Below the pieces are notes generated by a model, which saw only the letters and a program-made list of their open reading frames with translations, made no database searches and was not told where the DNA came from. From contig CAVWEH010000006.1 of NCBI GenBank assembly GCA_963753975.1, positions 10,703 through 74,702 of the forward strand: a stretch of 64,000 bases of DNA. Direction: 5' to 3'. The stretch is from an uncultured delta proteobacterium. Its GTDB lineage: Bacteria > Desulfobacterota > Syntrophia > Syntrophales > Smithellaceae. Positions 28,852 to 38,600 of the stretch are shown piece after piece; the stretch's first letter is position 1; every line of letters starts with the position of its first letter. The translations under genes were made by a program, and so were the position numbers.

Positions 28852-31338
28852 TTAAGCTAAACGCGTAGTCGACAATCCGAACCTTGCTTCCTCTCTTATT
28901 CTATAATCTTCTTCTTTATGTGAAGAAATACTTTTCAAAACTGGATGAATTAATTCTACAGCCATCCCTTTTCTCAATAATGAACCCAATGCGGCAACTA
29001 TGGCTTTTCTCGAAGAAATACTACATTCTTTTTTGAGTCTTTCAATTAATGGCGCTACGGACTTCTCATTTACTAGGATGTATGACAAACAATCTGCTGC
29101 TTGCTTTCGAACTTGGGTCATTGGATCATTTAATGCCTCGAATAATACATTCATCTCTTTATCCACGATATTGTTATCAGATTTTGATAGCTCCTTTATA
29201 TTATTGGCAAAAGCGTACACCGCTGTTTTTCTTAATTTGTAACTTTTTTCATTTTTAATAATGTGTTTTAAGATATCAATAATTCTTACATCTATTATAT
29301 TAAATGAAAACTGATTGATCGCTGCATCCTTAACGGGAATAGTTGAGTGAGGAGATTGAATAATTTTGATGAGGACGGGGCTTATTTCTCTACTCTTTGT
29401 TCTTCCCAGCGTGCTAATTGAGTTTTCAATTATTCGTTCTTCTTTGTCATTAATTAAGTTTAAACAAATGTTTATCAGTTTCTCGGGTTTAACAATTTTT
29501 GTCCATTTATTCTCAAAGTACCAATAAATACTAAAACTACTTTTGATCAGGAAAGTCCATTCTTCATTGTTTAAAATAAGTTGTTTGATATTGGGATATA
29601 GAATTTCTAATCTGTCTTTGCTGGCCAATACCCCGTGTTGTTTCCATTCTCTAAAGGCCTTCCTGAATATATCGATTGCCGTTTTCGCTTTTTGTGCTTC
29701 AGGCCCTAATTTTTCAAAAAACTTTTTTGATAAGAAATCATGTACCAATTCATAGCCCACAGCATTCGTGCCTTCAATTACTGGGTGAACAATTTTCTTT
29801 TTTATTAAATGTTCAATGACGTGTTTAGCATTCTGCTTGGTTGTTAATATATACCGGCTGATTTCTTCGATATTAAGAAAAGTTCTCAGTCCCTCGGGAC
29901 CAGTTAATAAATCTAATATATTCTGAGCATAAAGTTTTTCTTCCTCAGTTAATCCTTCCAGCATTGATTCGCTTAAATAATCAGCAATAATAGATTCAGC
30001 GCAGTCGGTTCCCTTATATAGATTTTGCCCAAACTCAATTAATGGTTTTGAACCAGAATTTTGATTTTTGAACTCTTCGAATAATTTTGAGCAAACTATT
30101 TGCAGGTAAGGGGGATATATTAAGCCATCGCCAATTTTCTTTAACTCCGCAATTAGTTGAAGTATAAACTTATCACCTACCTTAATATCAAGTTTATTAA
30201 GAGGTTCAACTATTGCTACAAGAGCCTTTTCTTCATTTAATCTTTTTATTCTATATTGATGAATCCATGCATCTTCAAGGTTATATAAATGCGCCCAATC
30301 CCATAGTTCCCCAATATAATCTTCTCTCAATGAAAGCAGAAAATATATCTTTCCTTTTATTGGCGGTACAGTCAATGATTCTATAATACCCTTTGACAAA
30401 TGTTCTCTTTCCGATTCCCTTGCTCTCGTGAATATTTCCTCAAACTGGTCAATTACGATTATGAGATTCCTGTTCTCAGTATCAACAAATGACTTAAGTT
30501 GTAAAATTAAATGAGGAAAGGTATCGATTGCAGCTAGTTCTTCAATTACGTGGCTAGGTATTCTATTTTCGTTCAGTGTTTTAAAAAGCGCTTCTCTTAT
30601 TCTTTTGATTGGCTCGTCAAGACATCTGACCGAAATAGTAATAATACCATCGTTCTTAAAATGGGGAATCAATCCTGCATTCACAAGAGACGTTTTACCA
30701 GTCCCAGATTCACCAAAGAGCCCAACAATATTATGTCTATATATCCTAGTTAATAATTCTTCTGTTTCTTGTTCGCGACCAAAAAAATATTCTTTGTCGC
30801 TTTCAGTATACGATTGTAGTTCTTTGTATGGATTTGCTTTTTTCCAATCATTAATGCTTCCTTTAGTTGATTTATTTAACGCCTTATTTTTATTTTCTTT
30901 TATTACTTGCTTCTCCCACTTTTCTTTTGCCGTCCGGATATTATCAAGCGTTATTTTATTTGTTAAGGATTTCCCCTGCTTATGTGCTTCGTCATGATCG
31001 TTCGGACACAATACAGCAAGGTTACAATAAGAGTTATTTTGTGATTTTGAATATTCCTCAATGTGATGTATGATGTATGCATCGCTTTTGGTCCCTTTAC
31101 ACAAACAACATGTAAAGTTGCTCCGCTCTAACAATGTTTGCAATATATCTTCTTCTATCGGCTCTCTTGTCAAACAATCCTTAACAAAATCGACTTGTAT
31201 CGGGGGTATCTTATACTTATTAATAAGATTGTTTTTTGATGTTTGTTTAAAGGTAGTTGTTGAAATTCCAATAAGGTCGTATTCACGAGCCCAATTACTT
31301 GGTACGCCATATTGAATGTAGGTTTTTTCTAACGACAT
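28852..31338 (-). CDS. HNH endonuclease - STAND (nSTAND1-like) NTPase - HEAT repeat protein; putative antiviral effector
   Basis: CCLC...IHHI...NLAVLCPNDH (HNH); NPYKEL..Y...FFGRE, GESGTGKTS (Walker A), IVIDQFEEIF (Walker B), LSLREDY; C-terminal HEAT repeats (ALNDPMTQVRKQAA); visibly AT-rich. Confidence 0.85.
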   Translation of the reverse strand: MSLEKTYIQYGVPSNWAREYDLIGISTTTFKQTSKNNLINKYKIPPIQVDFVKDCLTREPIEEDILQTLLERSNFTCCLCKGTKSDAYIIHHIEEYSKSQNNSYCNLAVLCPNDHDEAHKQGKSLTNKITLDNIRTAKEKWEKQVIKENKNKALNKSTKGSINDWKKANPYKELQSYTESDKEYFFGREQETEELLTRIYRHNIVGLFGESGTGKTSLVNAGLIPHFKNDGIITISVRCLDEPIKRIREALFKTLNENRIPSHVIEELAAIDTFPHLILQLKSFVDTENRNLIIVIDQFEEIFTRARESEREHLSKGIIESLTVPPIKGKIYFLLSLREDYIGELWDWAHLYNLEDAWIHQYRIKRLNEEKALVAIVEPLNKLDIKVGDKFILQLIAELKKIGDGLIYPPYLQIVCSKLFEEFKNQNSGSKPLIEFGQNLYKGTDCAESIIADYLSESMLEGLTEEEKLYAQNILDLLTGPEGLRTFLNIEEISRYILTTKQNAKHVIEHLIKKKIVHPVIEGTNAVGYELVHDFLSKKFFEKLGPEAQKAKTAIDIFRKAFREWKQHGVLASKDRLEILYPNIKQLILNNEEWTFLIKSSFSIYWYFENKWTKIVKPEKLINICLNLINDKEERIIENSISTLGRTKSREISPVLIKIIQSPHSTIPVKDAAINQFSFNIIDVRIIDILKHIIKNEKSYKLRKTAVYAFANNIKELSKSDNNIVDKEMNVLFEALNDPMTQVRKQAADCLSYILVNEKSVAPLIERLKKECSISSRKAIVAALGSLLRKGMAVELIHPVLKSISSHKEEDYRIREEARFGLSTTRLA

Positions 31339-31397
31339 TGTATTATTTATTCAGGAAATTTTAAGTCTCTTGAGTTAAAGTCGTCAGCGTTAGTTTT

Positions 31398-31488
31398 TAA
31401 CAAGACGTTGCTTGTTCTTGAACGAACTATAAAACTGTCATTATCGTATGTCAATTGAATATTGGCCGCAAAATTTGAGGGGTCGAAG
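31398..31488 (-). mobile_element. Promoter-bearing repeat (oriIS-like end) upstream of STAND gene
   Basis: TTGACA(31449-54)-17-TATAGT(31426-31); ATTTTGCGGCCAATATT upstream. Confidence 0.7.
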
Positions 31489-31545
31489 ATCGAAATTCGC
31501 CATGACCGCCTAACGCGTTTTGTCAATAAGCTCGTCAACGGTACC

Positions 31546-31622
31546 GAAATATTAGGGACAGCGCTCTGTTTTCGGACAAGATTATTTCAACATTGGATAT
31601 GAGGGAACATCGTCCCTAACTA
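31546..31622. repeat. REP-like palindrome, family B
   Basis: ATTAGGGACAGCGCTCTGTTT ... CGTCCCTAAC. Confidence 0.55.
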
Positions 31623-31737
31623 CCCGATTTCGTCACGCAGTTATATTCATCCAGCCGTTTAAGCATAGCCGCTATACTGCTTTCAACCATGGCAATGCTT
31701 GTATCAGCCGCGCGAGACACTCACACAGAGAGAAAAA

Positions 31738-31989
31738 TTAGGCTTTCTTGATCAACCTCAATAGAAACAGCAATACCATCGCTCCGATCAGTGCCATCAC
31801 CAGTGTACCGAGGATGCCGCCCAGTGAGATACCGAGTAGACTGAATAACCAGCCTCCCAACAGAGCGCCGATCACCCCGACAACCAAATCCCCCACCAGG
31901 CCAAACCCACCGCCCTTCATGATGCGACCGGCAAGCCAACCTGCCGCAAGTCCAATTACCAGAAACAGTATCAAGCTTTGTGTATCCAT
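31738..31989 (-). CDS. GlsB/YeaQ/YmgE transglycosylase-associated small membrane protein
   Basis: IGLAAGWLAG...GVIGALLGGWLF...GAMVLLFLLR. Confidence 0.9.
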   Translation of the reverse strand: MDTQSLILFLVIGLAAGWLAGRIMKGGGFGLVGDLVVGVIGALLGGWLFSLLGISLGGILGTLVMALIGAMVLLFLLRLIKKA

Positions 31990-32093
31990 CTTTTTGTCTC
32001 CTTATCGAAGTTTAGATTCCGTGTCATTATGCACGGTTAATCTTCGTGGTCGAATTGCTTGCACCCAACAACTGGTATCCTATTCCCTGCCGC

Positions 32094-33638
32094 TTAGCGG
32101 AAAACCGGCGGTAGGTGTTGCAGATAATCCTTGCCGCTTACGGCACCCGCACACATAAATGCAGAGTGGGCAGCTCCCTCAATGCCGCCTTCGTTGATGC
32201 GCTTCCCGTAGGTATCACCGGCGAAATACAATCCTTCAATAGTGGGGCATTTCACATCCACCCATTCATCTTCCGGGTGCCGCCAAAGGATGCAGGTATC
32301 TCCCACGGTAAACAGCATCCATTCCACCGATTTTCGCCAGCCTTTAAAGGCGCTATCGACAAATTTCAACATCCGGTCAATCACGATATTCACCTTCTTC
32401 TTATCGTGGGCTTCGCTATCCAGAATACTGCTGGCCATTCCCATCAGGTGTTTGCCTTCCGGCGCGGAAGTCGGCGCGATAGCCGACATAGCAATAATGT
32501 CCAGCGGCACATTGCCCCGGAAAAGCCCTTCGCTCTCGGGAATCAGCATGGAAGTATGGTAGAAAGACCGGGGGTCTACTTTGAGTTCGCAGAATTCATG
32601 CAGAGGTTTGGTCATGCCTATCTGGGCGGCAACCATCGATGTATGAATTATCTTTTTAGTTAAGCTGACGAAATCCGGCGGCAGTAAATTCTCCGGAATG
32701 AGTTTCAGCAAAACTTTTGGCGGCAGAGTGCAGATTACAGTCGGGGATTTTATTTCCACCGTTTTGCCTTCGATTTCAGCTACCACACCAACCGCCTTGC
32801 CGTTCTGAATCATAACCTCTTTCACCGGAGCATTGGTAACAACGTCTCCGCCGTTATCTTTGACCACTGTCGCAAAACCTTCGGTAATGAAACGATGCCC
32901 GGGCGATCCGGCGAAGGCCCAGGAGCCATTGGTTATATGCACCCTCGTATCCTGAACCTGCAGAAATACTTTCATGTTCTCGCCTGCGGAATTCAGCGCC
33001 GGATCGTTAATGATTGTCTGGAAAGTCCCCATGGCATAGTGGAATTCCTGCGCCAGTTCATTTTTCGTTATCCCTTCCACCCAATCTTTCAAGGTCACAT
33101 GATCTAATTTTTCCGCATCCGCTATTGTGTGCAGTTGCAGTTTGCGTTTATGGACTTTCACCATCTCCGCGTAATCTTCATCGCTCATCCAGCCGTATTT
33201 GTCCCTCCGGCCGAGGATGTAAGGTTTCCAATCGTGGTCGTACCAGACAAAGCCTTCATTGGGATAGAAAATCGAAGCCTTGTTAAACACCGCCAGGGCC
33301 TGGCTTACGCGCCCCCGGTTGGTAAACCAGGCGCCGCGCCCGCCGGCTTCGAGAACGTAACCATCCAGCATTTTCTTTTTTATCAGGGTCTCAAGGTTCG
33401 GCTCTGTCTTATCGCTGACCCAGGAATGGGCCGATTGCGCCAGCGTCTTGCGAAATTGGTCGGCGTCTGTAATAGCTTCGCCGCGGAATGATGTTGCCCT
33501 TCCCCCAATCTGCGATGAAGCCTCGAGGATGAGAACCTTCTTACGATCCATTTTTGATAATAGAGCTCCGACAGCTGAACCGGCTATCCCGCAGCCGATT
33601 ATAATAACATCGTAGTTACTGGAAATTCTTGCAGTCAT
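32094..33638 (-). CDS. FAD-dependent oxidoreductase (phytoene dehydrogenase-like)
   Basis: DVIIIGCGIAG, ILEASSQIGGR, GLYFAGD. Confidence 0.85.
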   Translation of the reverse strand: MTARISSNYDVIIIGCGIAGSAVGALLSKMDRKKVLILEASSQIGGRATSFRGEAITDADQFRKTLAQSAHSWVSDKTEPNLETLIKKKMLDGYVLEAGGRGAWFTNRGRVSQALAVFNKASIFYPNEGFVWYDHDWKPYILGRRDKYGWMSDEDYAEMVKVHKRKLQLHTIADAEKLDHVTLKDWVEGITKNELAQEFHYAMGTFQTIINDPALNSAGENMKVFLQVQDTRVHITNGSWAFAGSPGHRFITEGFATVVKDNGGDVVTNAPVKEVMIQNGKAVGVVAEIEGKTVEIKSPTVICTLPPKVLLKLIPENLLPPDFVSLTKKIIHTSMVAAQIGMTKPLHEFCELKVDPRSFYHTSMLIPESEGLFRGNVPLDIIAMSAIAPTSAPEGKHLMGMASSILDSEAHDKKKVNIVIDRMLKFVDSAFKGWRKSVEWMLFTVGDTCILWRHPEDEWVDVKCPTIEGLYFAGDTYGKRINEGGIEGAAHSAFMCAGAVSGKDYLQHLPPVFR

Positions 33639-33687
33639 CTTTCCTCCAAATTTTTTGTCCGGCCTTTTGGCCCAATTTCATTGGCCT

Positions 33688-33765
33688 TTGATAAGACTTT
33701 GCCTGTCCCTAAAGAAACTATAAAATTGTCGGTCTTGTATGTCAATGAAATATAGACCGCAAAAT
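33688..33765 (-). mobile_element. Promoter-bearing repeat (oriIS-like end) upstream of FAD oxidoreductase
   Basis: TTGACA-17-TATAGT; 33716-33746 identical to 52648-52678. Confidence 0.75.
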
Positions 33766-33850
33766 GTGAGAGGTATGGTGTCGATGAAAAAGAAAGGGAG
33801 ATGTCGCGACATCCATTTTTATGAGAAATTCGCGTGAAAGGGGAAAACAA

Positions 33851-33875
33851 ATAGGCGGGTGTAATTCCCGCCTAT
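33851..33875 (-). terminator. Terminator after SWIB gene
   Basis: ATAGGCGGG-loop-CCCGCCTAT with T-rich tail on minus strand. Confidence 0.65.
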
Positions 33876-33898
33876 CTGGAAAAAACAATTATACTTTT

Positions 33899-34228
33899 TT
33901 AGGACTCGATATTGGCGCTGATAACACATGCCATTTGCATCATATCGATGGTCTGGCCCTCTTGTAACTTTGTGAAATCAGTCACTTTGCCGGTCTTACT
34001 TTTGATTTTGGTGTTGTTGAATATTTTAATCAATTTGGCATCAGCCACGATGTTCTTACCGGCGTTTTCCGGTTTACCATTGACCGTTTTTGTTTGCAGT
34101 TTGTTCTTTTTGATATAATCCCATATTTTTTTGGTTATCTCCGTGCGCGGAAGAGCGCCGGCACCCAATAATGCCGCCAAGTCCGCTTTCAATTTTACCG
34201 GTTTGTCCAATCCTTTTGCTTCTGCCAT
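33899..34228 (-). CDS. SWIB/MDM2 domain protein
   Basis: LAALLG...PRTEITKKIWDYIKKNKLQ...IVADAKL. Confidence 0.9.
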   Translation of the reverse strand: MAEAKGLDKPVKLKADLAALLGAGALPRTEITKKIWDYIKKNKLQTKTVNGKPENAGKNIVADAKLIKIFNNTKIKSKTGKVTDFTKLQEGQTIDMMQMACVISANIES

Positions 34229-34272
34229 GGCTTATGCCTCCATTCTTTAATTTAAATTGATTTAGTATTTTT

Positions 34273-34391
34273 TGATCAGATATTGCGGGGGGAGTATAAG
34301 AACTTTCCGTTTTGTATGTCAAGGAAATATTGACCGCAAAATACGGGGTGCGAAGGGAATACCCGAGAGCTTGCCCATTGGCTCCGACCCC
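34273..34391 (-). mobile_element. Promoter-bearing repeat plus GGGGT/ACCCC hairpin upstream of SWIB gene
   Basis: TTGACA-18-TATACT; GTCAA-N7-TTGACCGCAAAAT; hairpin 34345-34391. Confidence 0.7.
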
Positions 34392-34446
34392 TCGCAAAAC
34401 AGCTCACATACATCAAAAACCAATTGGCGTAAAAAAACTATTGCGA

Positions 34447-34896
34447 TCAACCCCTCACAATAAGTATGGGAATCTTTGTATCATTGTGAATAACACCATA
34501 GGAAACACTACCGAGGACTGTGGCTGATAAGGCACTCCTTCCATGGGAGCCCATAACAATAAGATTTGCCTTCGACCTCTTTGCTTCTTTCACAATCTCC
34601 TCCACGGGATGCCCCATCTTTATAGAAATCTTCGATGCGACACCGCTTTTATCGCAGAGTTTCTTTATTTCTTCGGCATATCCATCGGCAGCCTCTCTCA
34701 GATAATCCTCAATCGGCTCTATTGCGTGCCTTGCTGTCTCCGCTGCGGGAACTGTCCGGGCTACCAGTGAGCGCTTATCAATAACGCTCAGGGCAATAAT
34801 TGAGGCCTTCAACTGTTTGGCGAGGTCAACCGCATACGCGGCTGCTCTTTGAGCTGTTTTGGAGCCGTCTGACGGCACAAGAATATTGGAAATCAC
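34447..34896 (-). CDS. Universal stress protein
   Basis: ILVPSDGS, GHPVEEI, LIVMGSHGRS...LGSVS; GTG start after GGAGG. Confidence 0.92.
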   Translation of the reverse strand: MISNILVPSDGSKTAQRAAAYAVDLAKQLKASIIALSVIDKRSLVARTVPAAETARHAIEPIEDYLREAADGYAEEIKKLCDKSGVASKISIKMGHPVEEIVKEAKRSKANLIVMGSHGRSALSATVLGSVSYGVIHNDTKIPILIVRG

Positions 34897-34942
34897 ACAT
34901 CCTCCTTTAATCATGAAAAAAGGGTAAAGCAGTATGCTCTGA

Positions 34943-35035
34943 TTGACAAGAACTTTCTTTTTCGCTGCGAGTATATGAAGAAGGATTTTGTGTGTCAAGA
35001 TGATTTTGACCACCTCCAGATATGGGGTTCGGGAG
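34943..35035 (-). mobile_element. Promoter-bearing repeat upstream of usp
   Basis: TTGACA(34993-98)-17-TATACT(34970-75); GTCAA-N7-TTGAC. Confidence 0.65.
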
Positions 35036-35606
35036 TTTTTCCTTTTAAAAAATAATTGCGCCCATCTGAACTGACAAGTAGGTTTAAGTAACTATTTTGT
35101 CATTTGAAAAACATTTTAATTGTCATATAGTAAGCCATGGCATGTAAAAGATAAATGATAAAAAGATAAGTTTACACCTAATAACACAAAAGCATCAACC
35201 GATTGAATAATTAATTACAGAGATATTATGATGTTTTATGAATTAATGATTGTTAACTTTATCCGGAAATTAGCTGGTTGCTGCAATTTATAGAAAATTA
35301 TCAAAAAACGTTCTATCGAAAATGTTATATTGAAAGAGCTTAAATTTGCATTGGATGCATTTGTATTTGCATTAATTGGTCAATTACTTATAATTATTTT
35401 AATGACTATTGGTGAAATATTTCTTAGATAGAGAAATAAAATATTAACAATGGGGCGCTGTCTCTAATCGCAGATCAATTTCATTTTGCTTCGCATTTTC
35501 TGCGTATATTAGGTCAGGCGAACCAGACAAAGAAAACGCATCCGGCAAATGAACAATTACCGGCTATAGCTCCGGCTTGCCATATGTAGTAAGGAGACCC
35601 GAAAGA

Positions 35607-38600
35607 GTGAAGTTAATCGACAAGACAGTTTTGGAACCATTGCTGAGATTGAAGAAACAAACGCTCGGCGGAGCTTTCGGAAGAAAGTACTCCTACGATG
35701 AATTACCTCTGCGATCGGAATTGCTCAGCTCCGACCAGATGAAGCAGCACGGCAAAGCACTGGCGAATGTACATAAATTGACCCGCGTCAAGAGTTTCTG
35801 AACAGCTTCTGGCGCGTCTTCATGAGAATGAAGATGTGCTGATTGAAACATGCAACCAGCTGACAGATGTGGTCAAAGATAACAGCACGATAGCACCTGC
35901 CGAAGAATGGCTTCTCGATAACTTCTATTTAATTGAAGAACATATTCGCATGGCTAAAAGACACTTGTCCAAAGGCTATAGCCGGGAATTGCCGCGTCTA
36001 CAAAATGGGCCATCGGCCGGACTCCCCCGTGTCTATGATATTGCGATCGAGACCATCTCCCACGGCGATGGCCGGGTGGATATGGAAAGTCTCATTAGTT
36101 TTGTTACATCCTACCAAACGGTAACCCATCTGAAATTGGGCGAGTTGTGGGCAATTCCGATTATGCTGCGTCTGGCGCTGATCGAAAATCTGCGACGCAT
36201 TGGAACGCGAATTATTGCCGGTATTGCCGACAGGGAACGAGCCGATTACTGGGCGGACCAGATGGCCGATATTGCACGGAGAGACCCCAAAAGTCTCGTT
36301 CTGGTCATCGCGGATATGGCACGGTCCGATCAACCGATGGCCAGTTCATTTGTCGCGGAATTTGCGCGTCGTTTGCAAGGACAGAGTCCGGCCCTGGCGT
36401 TGCCTCTGACCTGGATTGAGCAGCGGCTTTCCGAGTCCCATTTGACGATTGAACAGTTGGTCCGATCCGAGAATCAGCAACAGGCCGCCGACCAGGTATC
36501 TGTAAGTAACAGCATCGGCAGCCTCCGGTTTCTGACGGCGATGAACTGGCGTGAGTTTGTGGAGACCATGAGCGTTGTCGAACAGATACTGCGTGAGGAT
36601 CCCAGTGATATCTATATCAAAATGGATTTTACAACCAGAGACCGTTATCGTCATGCCGTTGAAAAGATAGCAAAATACAGCCCCCTATCCGAAAGTGAAG
36701 TGGCGCGCCTGGCAATCGATTTATCCCGGGAAGGCTCATCAAAGCATAGCAATGGTGATCGAGAGACACATGTTGGTTTTTATCTGATCGACAAAGGATT
36801 GCCCGAACTTGAACAAAGGGCTCAGATGCGTCAAGCCCTTCTCTGAGTTTATTCGTCGAATTATCTGCAAATTTCCGTTGTTTATCTATCTTGGGACAAT
36901 AATGGTGATCACATTAATCACGGCCTTCGGCTTACTGCTAAAAGTTCAAACCGATAGTTTGCACGGTTGGATACTTGTGCCTATCGCTATTATTTTTATT
37001 CTGGGCGCAAGTAGTCTGGCCGTAGCGCTGACGAACTGGTTGGCTACGCTTCTGGCCCATCCGCATCCGCTGCCGCGTATGGACTTTTCCCTGGAAATTC
37101 CACCGGAATCAAGCACTCTGGTGGTAATCCCGACTATGCTTACGAGTGCTCAAAACGTAGAAGACCTGGTCGAATCACTGGAGATCAGATTTTTGGCTAA
37201 TCGGGATAATAACCTGCACTTTGGCTTACTTACCGATTTTTGTGATGCCCATGAAGAAACGACTTCCGAGGACGATGCGCTCCTGCGATTGGCCGAGATG
37301 CGGATTGAAGAACTCAATGATAAGTATAGAGGCACAAAAGGAGGAACTTTCTTTCTCTTCCATCGTCCACGCCGCTTGCAATCCAGAGGAACAACTTTGG
37401 ATGGGTTATGAGCGTAAACGAGGAAAGATAGCTGAGTTGAATGCTTTTCTGCGCGGTGGCGCAAAAGATAGTTTCTCTCTTATCGTCGGTATCACTGAAA
37501 TATTATCCAATGTGAAGTATGTAATTACTCTGGATACGGATACTCAACTTCCTCGCGATTCCGCACAGCAATTTGTGGGGGCTATGGCCCATCCGCTGAA
37601 TCGTCCACGTTATGATGAAGCACGGCAACGTATTTGTGACGGTTATGGCATTCTTCAGCCGCGCGTCGCAGAGAGCTTTATCGGGCGACGGCAAGTCATG
37701 GTATGCGCGACTCTGGGGAGGTGAAACCGGCATTGATCCTTATACACGCGTTGTTTCCAATATCTACCAGGATGTATTTGCTGAAGGTTCCTATATCGGC
37801 AAAGGTATTTATGATGTCGATGCGTTTGAGAAGGCCCTCGCCGGCCGCCTTCCCGAAAACCGGATACTTAGTCACGACCTCATAGAAGGTTGCTATGCGC
37901 GTTCGGGTTTGCTCTCCGATGTTCAATTATATGAGGAATATCCGTCTCAATACAGCATGGATGTGAGCCGAAGGCATCGCTGGATTCGCGGAGATTGGCA
38001 AATTGCCAGTTGGCTCCGGTCGGTCGTTCCGACCGCAGGCGGCAGTCATCAGAAAAATAAAATATCCTGGCTTTCCCAGTGGAAGATTTTCGACAACCTT
38101 AGGCGCTCTCTGGTTCCCGCGGCTCTGACCTTGATGTTAATTATGGGATGGACCATCATGTCTCCGGTTTGGCTGTGGACGATCATGGTGATCGGAATTC
38201 TTCTCATTCCTTCCGCGTGCGCAATACTTCTGGAGCTCTTCCGCAAGCCGGGAGATGTGCTATTGCGCCAGCATTTTGTCACTGCCCTGCGTCAGGCCGG
38301 AAGGAACTTTTTTCAGACTTTGTATACGCTGATTTGTCTTCCCTATGAAGCATTTTTTAGTCTGGATGCGATTGCCCGTACTCTCTGGCGAATGCTCGTT
38401 TCACACAAGCGACTGCTGGAGTGGAATCCTTCCGGAAACCAGACGAGCCATAGCAGCAATAGCCTTGCCGCTTCCTGCCGGTCGATGTGGATAGCCCCTT
38501 TTCTTTCCGCCGTGCTATTTATTTATCTCACTGCTGTCAAGACCTGGCGCTCTGAGCGCTGCTTTGCTTGTGCTGGTTCTTTGGTTTCTATCTCCCGTAA

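Noticed and set aside
23714..35035. Classical integron or CALIN cassette array
   Set aside because: Isolated GTTRRRY-like words occur (near 31510 and 32065), but I found no paired R''/R' boxes forming attC hairpins and no integrase gene.
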